NCBI GenBank assembly: GCA_041697335.1
Contig: JBGUGD010000038.1
Span: 64,001-128,000, forward strand
From: Vampirovibrionaceae bacterium NZW_1234
GTDB taxonomy: Bacteria; Cyanobacteriota; Vampirovibrionia; Vampirovibrionales; JAGQHJ01
Direction: 5' to 3'
DNA length: 64,000 nt
Shown here: piece by piece, positions 50,183-59,005 of the stretch
Layout: each line of letters begins with the position of its first letter
Position numbering within the stretch: position 1 is the first letter of the stretch
Made by a program: the position numbers and the translations under genes
The notes under the pieces: model-generated
Seen by the model: only the letters and a program-made list of their open reading frames with translations
What the model was told of the DNA's origin: nothing
Databases searched by the model: none

Positions 50183-50478
50183 CCTCGCCGGAAGCGGGGA
50201 AATTGCTTCTTTGAATGGCTTTTTCCGGTTCAATCCGCATAAGACCTCGTTTAAAATGGGTTTTTACTTTTGATATACCCAAAAACCCTTTATTTTAAAC
50301 GTATTTTTCATTAAATAATCATTAAGATTCCCTATATTAAGCCATTTACACCATTTTCAACCTTAAAATACGCTTTCAGATTGAACAACACCCAAAATCA
50401 CACCGACCTTTGCACAAAATAACAGGATCAGTCCCACACAAACGAGGCTCTCAGCCTTGCACGAGACGGTCGAAAAAG

Positions 50479-50624
50479 GGACAAAAAATAAAAAACCCTC
50501 TTTGCAGAGGGAAATTTGTAAAGCGAAGAGATAAAGGGGATTTATTACGAAGAGGGGAGATGATTTGTATTTGCATAAAAACAAATATTCTAGACCCGAT
50601 GTTAGTTTGTTACCAATTGTAAAA
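50479..50624 (-). ncRNA. Candidate sRNA, copy 2
   Basis: Direct repeat of 48708-48853. Confidence 0.5.
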
Positions 50625-50823
50625 AAGATTGCGAAACCGTTGCCCTTGAGGTTTAACAAAGGGAGAAGCGTGGCTGGATATTCGGCTGGAGAACGCCCCT
50701 GGCAACAGCATGGGATGAACGATGCGAGGCCAGCACAGGTGCTTTTCATTCTCTTATTTTGGTGTTACAGTTTACTATCCAAACCGCAAAACAATTTGTT
50801 TCAGAACTCCGTGGAGGTCCGTC

Positions 50824-51330
50824 TTGAATACATACGAAGTACTCATTATCTTTAAGCCCATCCTGGACGTCGAAAATGTTGACGCCGTCTTGGAAAACTT
50901 CCAGAAGAACATTGTGGAAGCCAACCAGGGCCAAGTTGCTGAAGTGGATCGTATTGGTCGCAAGCGCTTGGCATTTGAAATCGGCAAGTTTAAAGACGGG
51001 TTTATGACGCTGTACCTGCTTAAGTTCCCGCCGGAAAAAGTGGCTGACTTCAGACGGGCCTGCCAAATCAATGAAGACGTATTGCGAGTCACCCTGGTGC
51101 GTCAGGACAGCCTGCCCCAGACCCGTGAAACCTTCCAGGAAGCACGTCGTGAAGAAGGCCCTGGCGGTCGGCCCCATCGCGGTGGTCCCCGTCGTGATTT
51201 CGGTGGCCCCCGGCGCGACTTCGGTGGTCGTGGCGACCGACCCGACTTCCGTGGCGGCGACAGACCCGATCGTGGTCCGGACCGCGGTCCTCGTCAATCT
51301 GCAGAGCCCGCCGTTACGCCTGCCGAATAG
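50824..51330 (+). CDS. rpsF: 30S ribosomal protein S6 with R/G/D/P-rich tail
   Basis: YEVLIIFKP, GRKRLAFEI, INEDVLR; GGAGG before TTG; rpsF-ssb-rpsR order. Confidence 0.93.
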   Translation: MNTYEVLIIFKPILDVENVDAVLENFQKNIVEANQGQVAEVDRIGRKRLAFEIGKFKDGFMTLYLLKFPPEKVADFRRACQINEDVLRVTLVRQDSLPQTRETFQEARREEGPGGRPHRGGPRRDFGGPRRDFGGRGDRPDFRGGDRPDRGPDRGPRQSAEPAVTPAE

Positions 51331-51379
51331 GCACGTAGCATAACACTCCCCCCTCTGAGGCAGAAAAGGAGATACGACG

Positions 51380-51868
51380 ATGGCACTTGCACGAGCCACA
51401 ATTAGCGGAACGCTGATCAGCGAACCCGAAAAACGGTTTACCCCCAACAACATCGCTGTTGCGAACTTTACGCTACAGGTAAATGCAGCCACGTCCAAGG
51501 AAGCGCCCTTTATGGTGCGCGTCACCTGCTGGCGGGCATTGGCCGATACCGTTGTCGAGCAACTGCACAAAGGCGATCACGTGGTTGTTGACGGCCGGTT
51601 ACAGGTGAATCAATTTGAAAGCGCTTCGGGCCTAGCCAAGCGCATGTACGAAATTGATGCCACCAACGTCTATAAAGGTGAGCTGAGCCCCCTGGGTGCG
51701 GCCTTTGAAGCCCAAAGCGGCACTCGCTCGCAAGGCAACCAAGGCAGCAGCTATGGCAACTACCAGCAGCAGCCGGTGTCGGTGGGTGTCAGTCAACCGG
51801 CAAGCGTATCCTCCGGGGACTCCTTCCCCCAGGATGATGTGCTGACCGAAGACGACATTCCGTTCTAG
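51380..51868 (+). CDS. ssb: Single-stranded DNA-binding protein
   Basis: PEKRFTP, KGDHVVVDGRL, C-terminal DDIPF. Confidence 0.93.
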   Translation: MALARATISGTLISEPEKRFTPNNIAVANFTLQVNAATSKEAPFMVRVTCWRALADTVVEQLHKGDHVVVDGRLQVNQFESASGLAKRMYEIDATNVYKGELSPLGAAFEAQSGTRSQGNQGSSYGNYQQQPVSVGVSQPASVSSGDSFPQDDVLTEDDIPF

Positions 51869-51949
51869 ACTTGCAAAAGTCACCCAAACCAATTACCATC
51901 TTTTCTACAGAACACGTAAGGAAGAAGAAGCAACGAGGTTTATTTCCGA

Positions 51950-52180
51950 ATGGCACACGAATCCTCCCGTAACCGCAAGAAAATCTGCAATTTCTGCGCC
52001 GATCAGATCGAGAACATCGATTTTATGGATGCAGGCAAGATGAGACGCTACTTAACCGAGCGGGGCAAAATCCTCCCGCGTCGGATTACCGGGACCTGTG
52101 CCAAGCACCAGCGCATGCTGGCCAAGCGGGTTAAAACCTCTCGCCAAGCTGGCTTAATTCCTTACGTTATCGCCAGCTAG
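51950..52180 (+). CDS. rpsR: 30S ribosomal protein S18 (zinc-binding type)
   Basis: CNFC, ERGKILPRRITGTCAKHQR. Confidence 0.96.
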   Translation: MAHESSRNRKKICNFCADQIENIDFMDAGKMRRYLTERGKILPRRITGTCAKHQRMLAKRVKTSRQAGLIPYVIAS

Positions 52181-52444
52181 AGATACCCTCAGGCGATTCA
52201 ACACTCCTTTTTTCAACGGCACCAGATTTTCTTGGTGCCGTTGCCGTCTCAAGGCATTCCTGCACCATTCCCGGGCACCGAAGAGAACGCCTTCTGAACC
52301 CGACGAAATAATCTACTACTGGTGTATTGAAAGTTGTGGGGATCCGTCCCACAATGAAACACATCGAAACACACAAAATTTTCTTCGACGGCCCGTTGCA
52401 GGCCCCCGAGATGTGAACGACAGAGCCCACACGTTGAGATTAAG

Positions 52445-53254
52445 ATGATGCCCACAGCTGCTAAGTTTATTGCAACGCTTCGGCCCGCGTGGATGAAGTC
52501 CAGGGCAAACTTGGCTCGCATCGGCTTTTTGGGCCCCTCCGCAGCGATGGTCGTCTGTGATCTGGAGCAAAACGCATTGGTGCGTAACTTTACGGAAGTC
52601 AACAGTCGGCGTCTGCTTCTGCTGATGACCTCCAAATCCACGGTGCGCTCCCAACGCATTCTTCAAAACGTTTCGGAAGCCATCCTCAATCATAATGTCG
52701 GCCCTGTGGTCCTGGACCCCAAAACAATCAGCATGCACTTCCATCGCTACATGAGCCTGGAGCGTCGTTTTTCCGAAGATTCGGCGACAGGCCTCCTGCC
52801 CTATGAGTTCCAAGGGTTCCTGCTGTATGACGACCGGCTTTATGTGTTACACAACAGTCGGGATGAACGCTGTTATGTCTGTCGGCACGGGCGCATGGTA
52901 GGCTTTACGCTGAGCTCCAAATCCTTTGTCCCCTTGCAACCGGATGACCTGCTGCTTCTGGCGCATGACCGGGATATGCGCCACTTGGTGCAATCCGGCA
53001 TGATTGCCGAGGTGTATGGCCTGTTTGCCCGTCAGCCCTTTTGCGATCCCCGGGATTCACGCGGACAGCACCGAGTTCAGCAAGCCCTGCATTTTCCCGT
53101 CCTTGGACTTCGCCTGAGTTCGGCTCCGGCGACTCCCATTCGGGCCAAAGCTCCCGGAGTCGAAGTGCGGATGTCCTTGCTCCAGTGGATTTTAACCTTT
53201 ATCTGTATTGTCTGGCTCCTGGGACTCATTGCTTACGCAACTACGCACTTCTGA
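52445..53254 (+). CDS. Hypothetical protein with C-terminal TM
   Basis: 269-aa ORF with hydrophobic C-terminus. Confidence 0.55.
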   Translation: MMPTAAKFIATLRPAWMKSRANLARIGFLGPSAAMVVCDLEQNALVRNFTEVNSRRLLLLMTSKSTVRSQRILQNVSEAILNHNVGPVVLDPKTISMHFHRYMSLERRFSEDSATGLLPYEFQGFLLYDDRLYVLHNSRDERCYVCRHGRMVGFTLSSKSFVPLQPDDLLLLAHDRDMRHLVQSGMIAEVYGLFARQPFCDPRDSRGQHRVQQALHFPVLGLRLSSAPATPIRAKAPGVEVRMSLLQWILTFICIVWLLGLIAYATTHF

Positions 53255-53320
53255 CGGATTGCATCTGCAGGAGAGATCGCTCACGATAGGATTTGACAAA
53301 GAGACGAGAGGAGAACGGTT

Positions 53321-53674
53321 ATGGGATTGATCATCAACTGGATTTTACTGGCCTTAAGCCTTATTCTGATTGCCTATATTATCCCCGGGATTGAAGTCAA
53401 CAGCCTGGGTACCGCGTTTTGGGCAGGCTTGATCATCGGACTCATCAACATTACCATCCGGCCCATCTTACGCTTTATCTCCCTGCCCGTGACATTTTTA
53501 ACGCTGGGCCTGTTTGCCTTTGTGGTCAATGCCTTTCTCTTCTGGCTGGCCTCGGCCATTGTCCCGGGGTTCGAGGTCAACGGGGTTTTACCGGCCTTGA
53601 TTGGCTCCATTCTTCTGTCGCTTCTCTACAGCCTATTTGACCGGCTTCTTCCACATCCGATGGCTCGTGTCTGA
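53321..53674 (+). CDS. YvlD/phage-holin-4 family membrane protein
   Basis: IRPIL..ISLPVTFLTLGLFAFVVNA. Confidence 0.85.
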   Translation: MGLIINWILLALSLILIAYIIPGIEVNSLGTAFWAGLIIGLINITIRPILRFISLPVTFLTLGLFAFVVNAFLFWLASAIVPGFEVNGVLPALIGSILLSLLYSLFDRLLPHPMARV

Positions 53675-53949
53675 TCCGGGTCTCGGAAAACACGCCGTAT
53701 CCACAGTCCTTATATTTATTTAAGGAAAAAAATGAGATTGATTGTTTTTATATAAATGGTAGTTTGATAAGACGTGTTTCTTCGGTCTCCGGTGATATAG
53801 GTACAAATGGCTGTATGAAAGCAATCCCTTCCTGTAAGGGCGGACTTAACGTCTACACGTTAAGCGGCCAGTGCAGCGGAGGAGGTCGACACGTTCAGCG
53901 ATGACACCTGGCCCCACTTTGGGAGGGTGTTGAAATGCGCACGAAACTG

Positions 53950-54076
53950 CCTACTTGAATTACCGCTTTCTTTCTCTTTCTACTCCTCACACATTCTATC
54001 CTGCTATCTTGCAAATGGATAACTCACATGAACACATAAAAGCAGTGTTTCGGAAGCTTCCAAACACTGCTTTTTA
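53950..54076 (+). ncRNA. Candidate Yfr1-motif sRNA (5' end uncertain)
   Basis: ACTCCTCACAC at 53982-53992 upstream of an orphan terminator. Confidence 0.4.
54038..54075 (+). terminator. Intrinsic terminator (potentially bidirectional)
   Basis: aaaagcagtgttt / aaacactgctttt. Confidence 0.8.
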
Positions 54077-54259
54077 ATGGTTATCCTGCCCCGGCGTCCA
54101 ACGGACACACCTTGAGGGGCAGTGACCGAACCTGCTCAGCCTTCATCCGCCCTCAAATCTGTGGAAACGGACATTCCCTGATATTATGGTTTCATACTGG
54201 GTTTTGTGTTGCCGGGCAAACTCAGCCGAGGCAACCTGGGAAAAAGGACTTACCGAAGA

Positions 54260-54784
54260 ATGTATAAGTACGTTTTCACGTTCTGTTTAGGTCTGCTGAC
54301 ATGGATGCCGTTTGCCCAAGCAGGGGATCCGTTACCGTTTTCGATAACACTCCCACAATCGTTTGCGGCGCTGCAAAAAAAAGTGTTGCCGGTTGAAACC
54401 TATTTAGGCCAAGGCACCATGACCCGTTGGATTTCGAATAACCCGGAAAAGCTTTGCACCGTGGTTTTATATGATTACTCCCCCCAGGTCATTGCGTCCT
54501 ATTCCGATAATGCCTTGCTTGAAATGACGCAAGAAGACGTGACGATGAAAGGGCAAATTCTCTCCCAACAAAATACGACTCTCGGTCACTTCAAGGGCAA
54601 GTCGTACTGGTTTCGGCACCCCAACGGCAAGGCCTACGGCCGATTCAACTTTATCGTTGCCCGACCCAAACTCTATCAATACGGCTGCATTGCAGGCTCG
54701 GAGGCCGCGTTAAAAACGCCCGAAGTGAACACATTCGTTCAGTCGTTTCGCTTATCACACGAGCACTCCCTACCGGGGGGGTAA
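54260..54784 (+). CDS. Secreted hypothetical protein
   Basis: Signal peptide MYKYVFTFCLGLLTWMPFAQA. Confidence 0.65.
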   Translation: MYKYVFTFCLGLLTWMPFAQAGDPLPFSITLPQSFAALQKKVLPVETYLGQGTMTRWISNNPEKLCTVVLYDYSPQVIASYSDNALLEMTQEDVTMKGQILSQQNTTLGHFKGKSYWFRHPNGKAYGRFNFIVARPKLYQYGCIAGSEAALKTPEVNTFVQSFRLSHEHSLPGG

Positions 54785-54816
54785 CATTGGAGCAAAACGT
54801 TCCGGAACGCGTGGGG

Positions 54817-55131
54817 CTATTTATGATGAGCCGGGGGCTTGGGCGGATTTTGATGGGCACCGGGCTCGGTTGGTTTGGTCTGGTCCTTGGTCGGGTGCGG
54901 CCCACTGCAGGCATGCGCAATAAACAACCCCACAAATGCGACCCACGCACACAAAATGCCTAAGACCGTTTCATTGTCGATGTGTTTTTGAGCCCCATGG
55001 TCTCCCGAGGTGGTTTTGGTGTGTTTTTCGGGGTTACCGCTCTGCTCCGATCCGGTAGGGTTGGTGGGTTGATGACCGAATCGACTCTTGGGAACGGGTA
55101 CGGTTGGATTGAACGTCAACACGGTTTTCAT
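54817..55131 (-). CDS. Small single-TM protein with SRFG N-terminal motif
   Basis: MKTVLTFNPTVPVPKSRFG; one TM. Confidence 0.6.
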   Translation of the reverse strand: MKTVLTFNPTVPVPKSRFGHQPTNPTGSEQSGNPEKHTKTTSGDHGAQKHIDNETVLGILCAWVAFVGLFIAHACSGPHPTKDQTKPTEPGAHQNPPKPPAHHK

Positions 55132-55400
55132 GGCCAGATATCACTTTTTACTGACGCGACACCTATACATAACCCAAAGCGACGGCGAAATTGCTGCATC
55201 CTTGTTTGATAGTTGAGATATACCGCTTGCGGATAGGCGGTTATGGCGCTTTTTTCCAAGCGCCCGCTTGGGATAAGGTCGATATCGCCCTCCATTAAAT
55301 ACAGGATCCTGGACGCCTCGGGCTCCACATTGAATGGGCTTTGGCCGATACGTCATGTGGAAAAACAAGACAAGACGAAGGACGAAGAAAGAAGGTCGGG

Positions 55401-55889
55401 ATGGCTGTATTACCGCAGAAATGTGGACACTGCAAAGGACTGTTTCTGCCCAAATCCCTGGGCGCAGCCAAAGTGTTCTGCATCAAGTGTGCCGTAAAAT
55501 GTGAGGAGGCCTCCGAGCACATTCGCGTGTATCTAAAGCGCCATCCCGAGGCCAAACAGAGCGAGATTGCCGATACCCTCAGAATTCCGCGGGATTTCGT
55601 CAACTACCTCTTCGACCAGGGACGATTTGTGCCCAGCCTGAGCGATCGCCCGGCCGGGTCCCGGCGGCCATGCATTGTGTGTTCTCGCGTACTTTCCCCG
55701 AGTGAGGATGTCTACTGCACCACCTGCCAAAAAATGATTGATGCCCGCCTTCATGTGCGCCTTACCGGAAAAAGCACGCTTCCGCCAACACCCCAGCGAG
55801 AAGGCGACCCGAGCCGATCCACAGCCCTCCCCCCTCGCCTAAAACCGCCAGGCATCCCATCGCCAGAAAACCTATTTCCTCCTCGCTAG
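55401..55889 (+). CDS. YvyF-like (flagellar operon) zinc-ribbon/HTH protein
   Basis: CGHCKGLF...CIKC...IRVYLKRHP...EIAD...QGRF plus a second CxxC pair. Confidence 0.6.
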   Translation: MAVLPQKCGHCKGLFLPKSLGAAKVFCIKCAVKCEEASEHIRVYLKRHPEAKQSEIADTLRIPRDFVNYLFDQGRFVPSLSDRPAGSRRPCIVCSRVLSPSEDVYCTTCQKMIDARLHVRLTGKSTLPPTPQREGDPSRSTALPPRLKPPGIPSPENLFPPR

Positions 55890-55947
55890 GCACTTTCCCA
55901 GGGAGGAGAATTGCCCCGGCCATTCGGGTTAATGGTATGATTTTCAT

Positions 55948-56793
55948 ATGATCAAGCTGATTGCATTGGATTTGGATGGCACCATTGTCAACGAGGCACT
56001 GGAAGTCTCGCCGCGAACGCTGGCCATGCTGCAACGGGTGCAGGACGAAAAAGGCGTTAAGGTTGTGGTGGCCACAGGACGGATGTTTCCGTCATCCCTG
56101 CCCTTTGCCCGACGCCTGGGCCTGACCACGCCGGTGATTTCCTACCAGGGGGCCATGATTCGGGATATTGCCGAGCGCCTGGATCGGATTCACGACCATC
56201 CCATTATGTTTCACCAAACCATTGAGATGGACGTGGCTCGGGCCATTGTGGACTTTGTTCACGAGGAGCGGCTTCACACCAATGTGTACGTCAACGATCA
56301 CCTGTTTACGTCCCACTGGAATCCCAACTCGGTGTACTACCAAAACATTTCCGGGGTGGTCCCCCAAGAGGCGCCGAACTTGCATGAGATACTCACGGGC
56401 GCGCCGTCGAAAATCATGATCATTGATGACCGGGCCGATGAGATTGTGGCCCGCCTGAAAACCCATTTCTCCCAGGATGTGAGCATCTGCAAGTCCCGAA
56501 CGAATTTCTGTGAAATTGTGCATACGGCCGTGTCCAAATGGAACGCCATTCAACACCTGATGTCCCTGTGGAACATCCAGGCCTCCGAGGTGATGGCCAT
56601 CGGGGATCATGAGAATGACCTGTCCATGATTACGGCTGCCGGGGTGGGCGTGGCCATGGGCAATGCCCCGGATAACGTGAAGGCCCTTGCCAACTACGTG
56701 ACCGATCCGGTGGGCGAGGATGGGGCGGCCAATGCCATTGAAAAGTTTGTGTATGGGCATCTGCCCCTGGAGGACGTCCACGTACCCTCATGA
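55948..56793 (+). CDS. Cof-type HAD IIB hydrolase
   Basis: ALDLDGT, VATGR, SKW, AIGDHENDLSM. Confidence 0.92.
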   Translation: MIKLIALDLDGTIVNEALEVSPRTLAMLQRVQDEKGVKVVVATGRMFPSSLPFARRLGLTTPVISYQGAMIRDIAERLDRIHDHPIMFHQTIEMDVARAIVDFVHEERLHTNVYVNDHLFTSHWNPNSVYYQNISGVVPQEAPNLHEILTGAPSKIMIIDDRADEIVARLKTHFSQDVSICKSRTNFCEIVHTAVSKWNAIQHLMSLWNIQASEVMAIGDHENDLSMITAAGVGVAMGNAPDNVKALANYVTDPVGEDGAANAIEKFVYGHLPLEDVHVPS

Positions 56794-57275
56794 GAGTTGG
56801 TCATGGGTTTGACTTGCATACACTAGAGTCCGGCATTCCGTTTATGCTGGGCGGGGTTCAACTGGAATGGCCCAAAGGCCCCAAGGGTCACTCGGATGGC
56901 GACGTGATTCTGCATGCGGTGATTGACGCCCTTTTGGGGGCGGCAGGCCTGGGGGACATCGGCGAGTGGTTCCCGCCGTCGGATGACACCTATAAGGGGG
57001 CCGACAGTTCGGACCTGTTGCAACGCACCCTGCGTTGCCTGGAAAACGAAAATTGGCGTATTCATAACATCGATGTCACGGTGATGCTGGAAGCCCCCAA
57101 ACTGAGCGCCTACAAAGAGCGCATTCGGGATCACCTGGTGACCTTGGCCGATCTGCAACTGAACCAGGTCAATATCAAAGCCAAAACCATGGAAGGCCTG
57201 GGTCCTATTGGCGAAGGCGACGCGGTTGCCGCCATGGTCACCGTGCTGATTGAACAGAAACGCGAAGCACCCTAG
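56790..57275 (+). CDS. ispF: MECDP synthase
   Basis: RVGHGFDLH, GHSDGDV, GDIGEWFP, NIKAKT. Confidence 0.95.
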   Translation: MRVGHGFDLHTLESGIPFMLGGVQLEWPKGPKGHSDGDVILHAVIDALLGAAGLGDIGEWFPPSDDTYKGADSSDLLQRTLRCLENENWRIHNIDVTVMLEAPKLSAYKERIRDHLVTLADLQLNQVNIKAKTMEGLGPIGEGDAVAAMVTVLIEQKREAP

Positions 57276-57715
57276 GCGTAGCGGATCCAGTTGATCATAT
57301 CGTGCCCGAGGGTGGCGCGTCCGGTGGCGGGTTTGCCGTCCTTGGTGACCGGACAGGAGGGGCCGGTACATGGGGAAGACAGTTCCAGAGCCTTGGAAAA
57401 CGGTGTCTTGGAGCGCACCCATTGAATGGCAATGACCGGCTTATCGGGGTTTTCTCGGACCTGCCTGGCTGCCGCCCGATTCAGGCGAACGCGATCCACC
57501 AGGGCTTCGACAGCCAGGGGGATAAATTGCAACAGATGCGGCACCCGCTCAGACAGGGTGGCCTTGGCACATAAAGCAGGGGAGAGGGCGTCAATCGCCT
57601 CGGCGGGCAGGTGTGGAATTTGTTTTAACAAGGGTTTCAGTGCAGTGACATCGGCTTGGGTTGTGGTGCGACCAAAGCGCATGACAGGGGTGTAGGCGGA
57701 TGTGTGAATGGGCAT
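57272..57715 (-). CDS. Hypothetical protein starting MPIHTSAYTPVMRFG
   Basis: GAGGAG RBS. Confidence 0.65.
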   Translation of the reverse strand: MPIHTSAYTPVMRFGRTTTQADVTALKPLLKQIPHLPAEAIDALSPALCAKATLSERVPHLLQFIPLAVEALVDRVRLNRAAARQVRENPDKPVIAIQWVRSKTPFSKALELSSPCTGPSCPVTKDGKPATGRATLGHDMINWIRYA

Positions 57716-57892
57716 GATTCTGGGTTCTCCTCACTCTGCAATTCTTTACTCTGCAATTCTTTTGGCTGTAATTTTTTGGGGCTGCAGTTTTCCGGCGGCT
57801 CTGTTTTTGGCGCCATGTTCCGGTACTGAATCAAGCCACTATAAGCAAGATGAAAGGAAGATGCAAATAGAAAAACAATAGTATTGCGCAGT

Positions 57893-58864
57893 TTAAGAGG
57901 AAAGCGTCCTCTGGGCACGCGGATGAGCCTTGAGGTAGGCCGCTTTGAGACGCTCTGTTGTGACGTGGGTATAAATCTGAGTCGTGCGAATGCTGACATG
58001 CCCCAACAACTCTTGGACCACCCGCAAGTCCACGCCATGATTCAACAGATGGGTGGCAAAACTGTGTCGGAAGGTGTGTGGCGAAATGGCCTTGGTGATT
58101 CCGGCCTCTTTGGCAATCTGGCACAACAGCCGGTGGACGCTTCGGGTGGTGAGGGCCTGGCCTTTGTAGTTTAAAAATACCGTGTCCCCCGGCCTTGGGG
58201 CGTGGCCAGCCAAAGCGGCGTATGCCTTCAGCAGGTATTCTTCCAGGTACTGCAAGGCCTCCTGGCTGATAAAGCTGATGCGCTCCTTGCGGCCCTTGCC
58301 CATAATGCGGATTTCCCCTTCGCCCATCATGATATCGCCCACCTGCAATTGCACCAGTTCCGCCACCCGCACGCCGGAGGAGAACATAAACTCCAGAATT
58401 AAGAGGTTACGAAGGGCAATAGGCTCCAACTGGCGCCAGTCTGCAATGGACCCGGTTACGGCGAGCTTCATCTGAAGCAATTCTTCCGGGGTCAGAAATT
58501 CGGGGAGCTTCTTAAGCTGCTTGGGGGCCTGAAACTGGAGTGACAATTCCCCCAACTCAAAGAACTGCTCTTTAATCAGGTACTTGAAAAACATCTTCAG
58601 GGCGCTGAGCTTTCGGGCAATGCTGCTTTTCGCAAGATTCTGACTGTGCAGGTGCTGGGTAAACTGACCCGGTGCCCGCTGAAGCCAGGCCAAGTCCACC
58701 TCGACGGACCGGGATTGATCTTCCAGCCAGCGCACAAAGCCTTCCAAGTCCTTGCTGTAGGCGCGCAGCGTATTGGACGATAAATCCCGCTGCAGGCTCA
58801 AACTGGCTAAAAATTCTTCTCGACCCTCAGCAAACCGGTGTAATAAACTGTCTGTCCTCTCCAT
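57893..58864 (-). CDS. xerC: Tyrosine recombinase XerC/XerD
   Basis: SGVRVAEL, GKGRKER, PHTFRHSFATHLL, QELLGH, TQIYTH. Confidence 0.88.
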   Translation of the reverse strand: MERTDSLLHRFAEGREEFLASLSLQRDLSSNTLRAYSKDLEGFVRWLEDQSRSVEVDLAWLQRAPGQFTQHLHSQNLAKSSIARKLSALKMFFKYLIKEQFFELGELSLQFQAPKQLKKLPEFLTPEELLQMKLAVTGSIADWRQLEPIALRNLLILEFMFSSGVRVAELVQLQVGDIMMGEGEIRIMGKGRKERISFISQEALQYLEEYLLKAYAALAGHAPRPGDTVFLNYKGQALTTRSVHRLLCQIAKEAGITKAISPHTFRHSFATHLLNHGVDLRVVQELLGHVSIRTTQIYTHVTTERLKAAYLKAHPRAQRTLSS

Positions 58865-59005
58865 ATCTGTGATTATACGGCTGCTTTTCAAAAAGGGCCA
58901 GAGGGAGCTCAGCACGTCAGCGAGGCCCGGGGACGGTTTTTCGGGGGCACGGGTTTGTGCTAGGATAGCCAGTACACAAAACACGACTCAAGAGGTGTGT
59001 AGACG

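Noticed and set aside
53321..53674. Phage lysis gene
   Set aside because: YvlD-type proteins are common on chromosomes and there is no endolysin or phage context.
57893..58864. Prophage or island integrase
   Set aside because: Typical XerC/D motifs among housekeeping genes; no att site, tRNA or phage genes.
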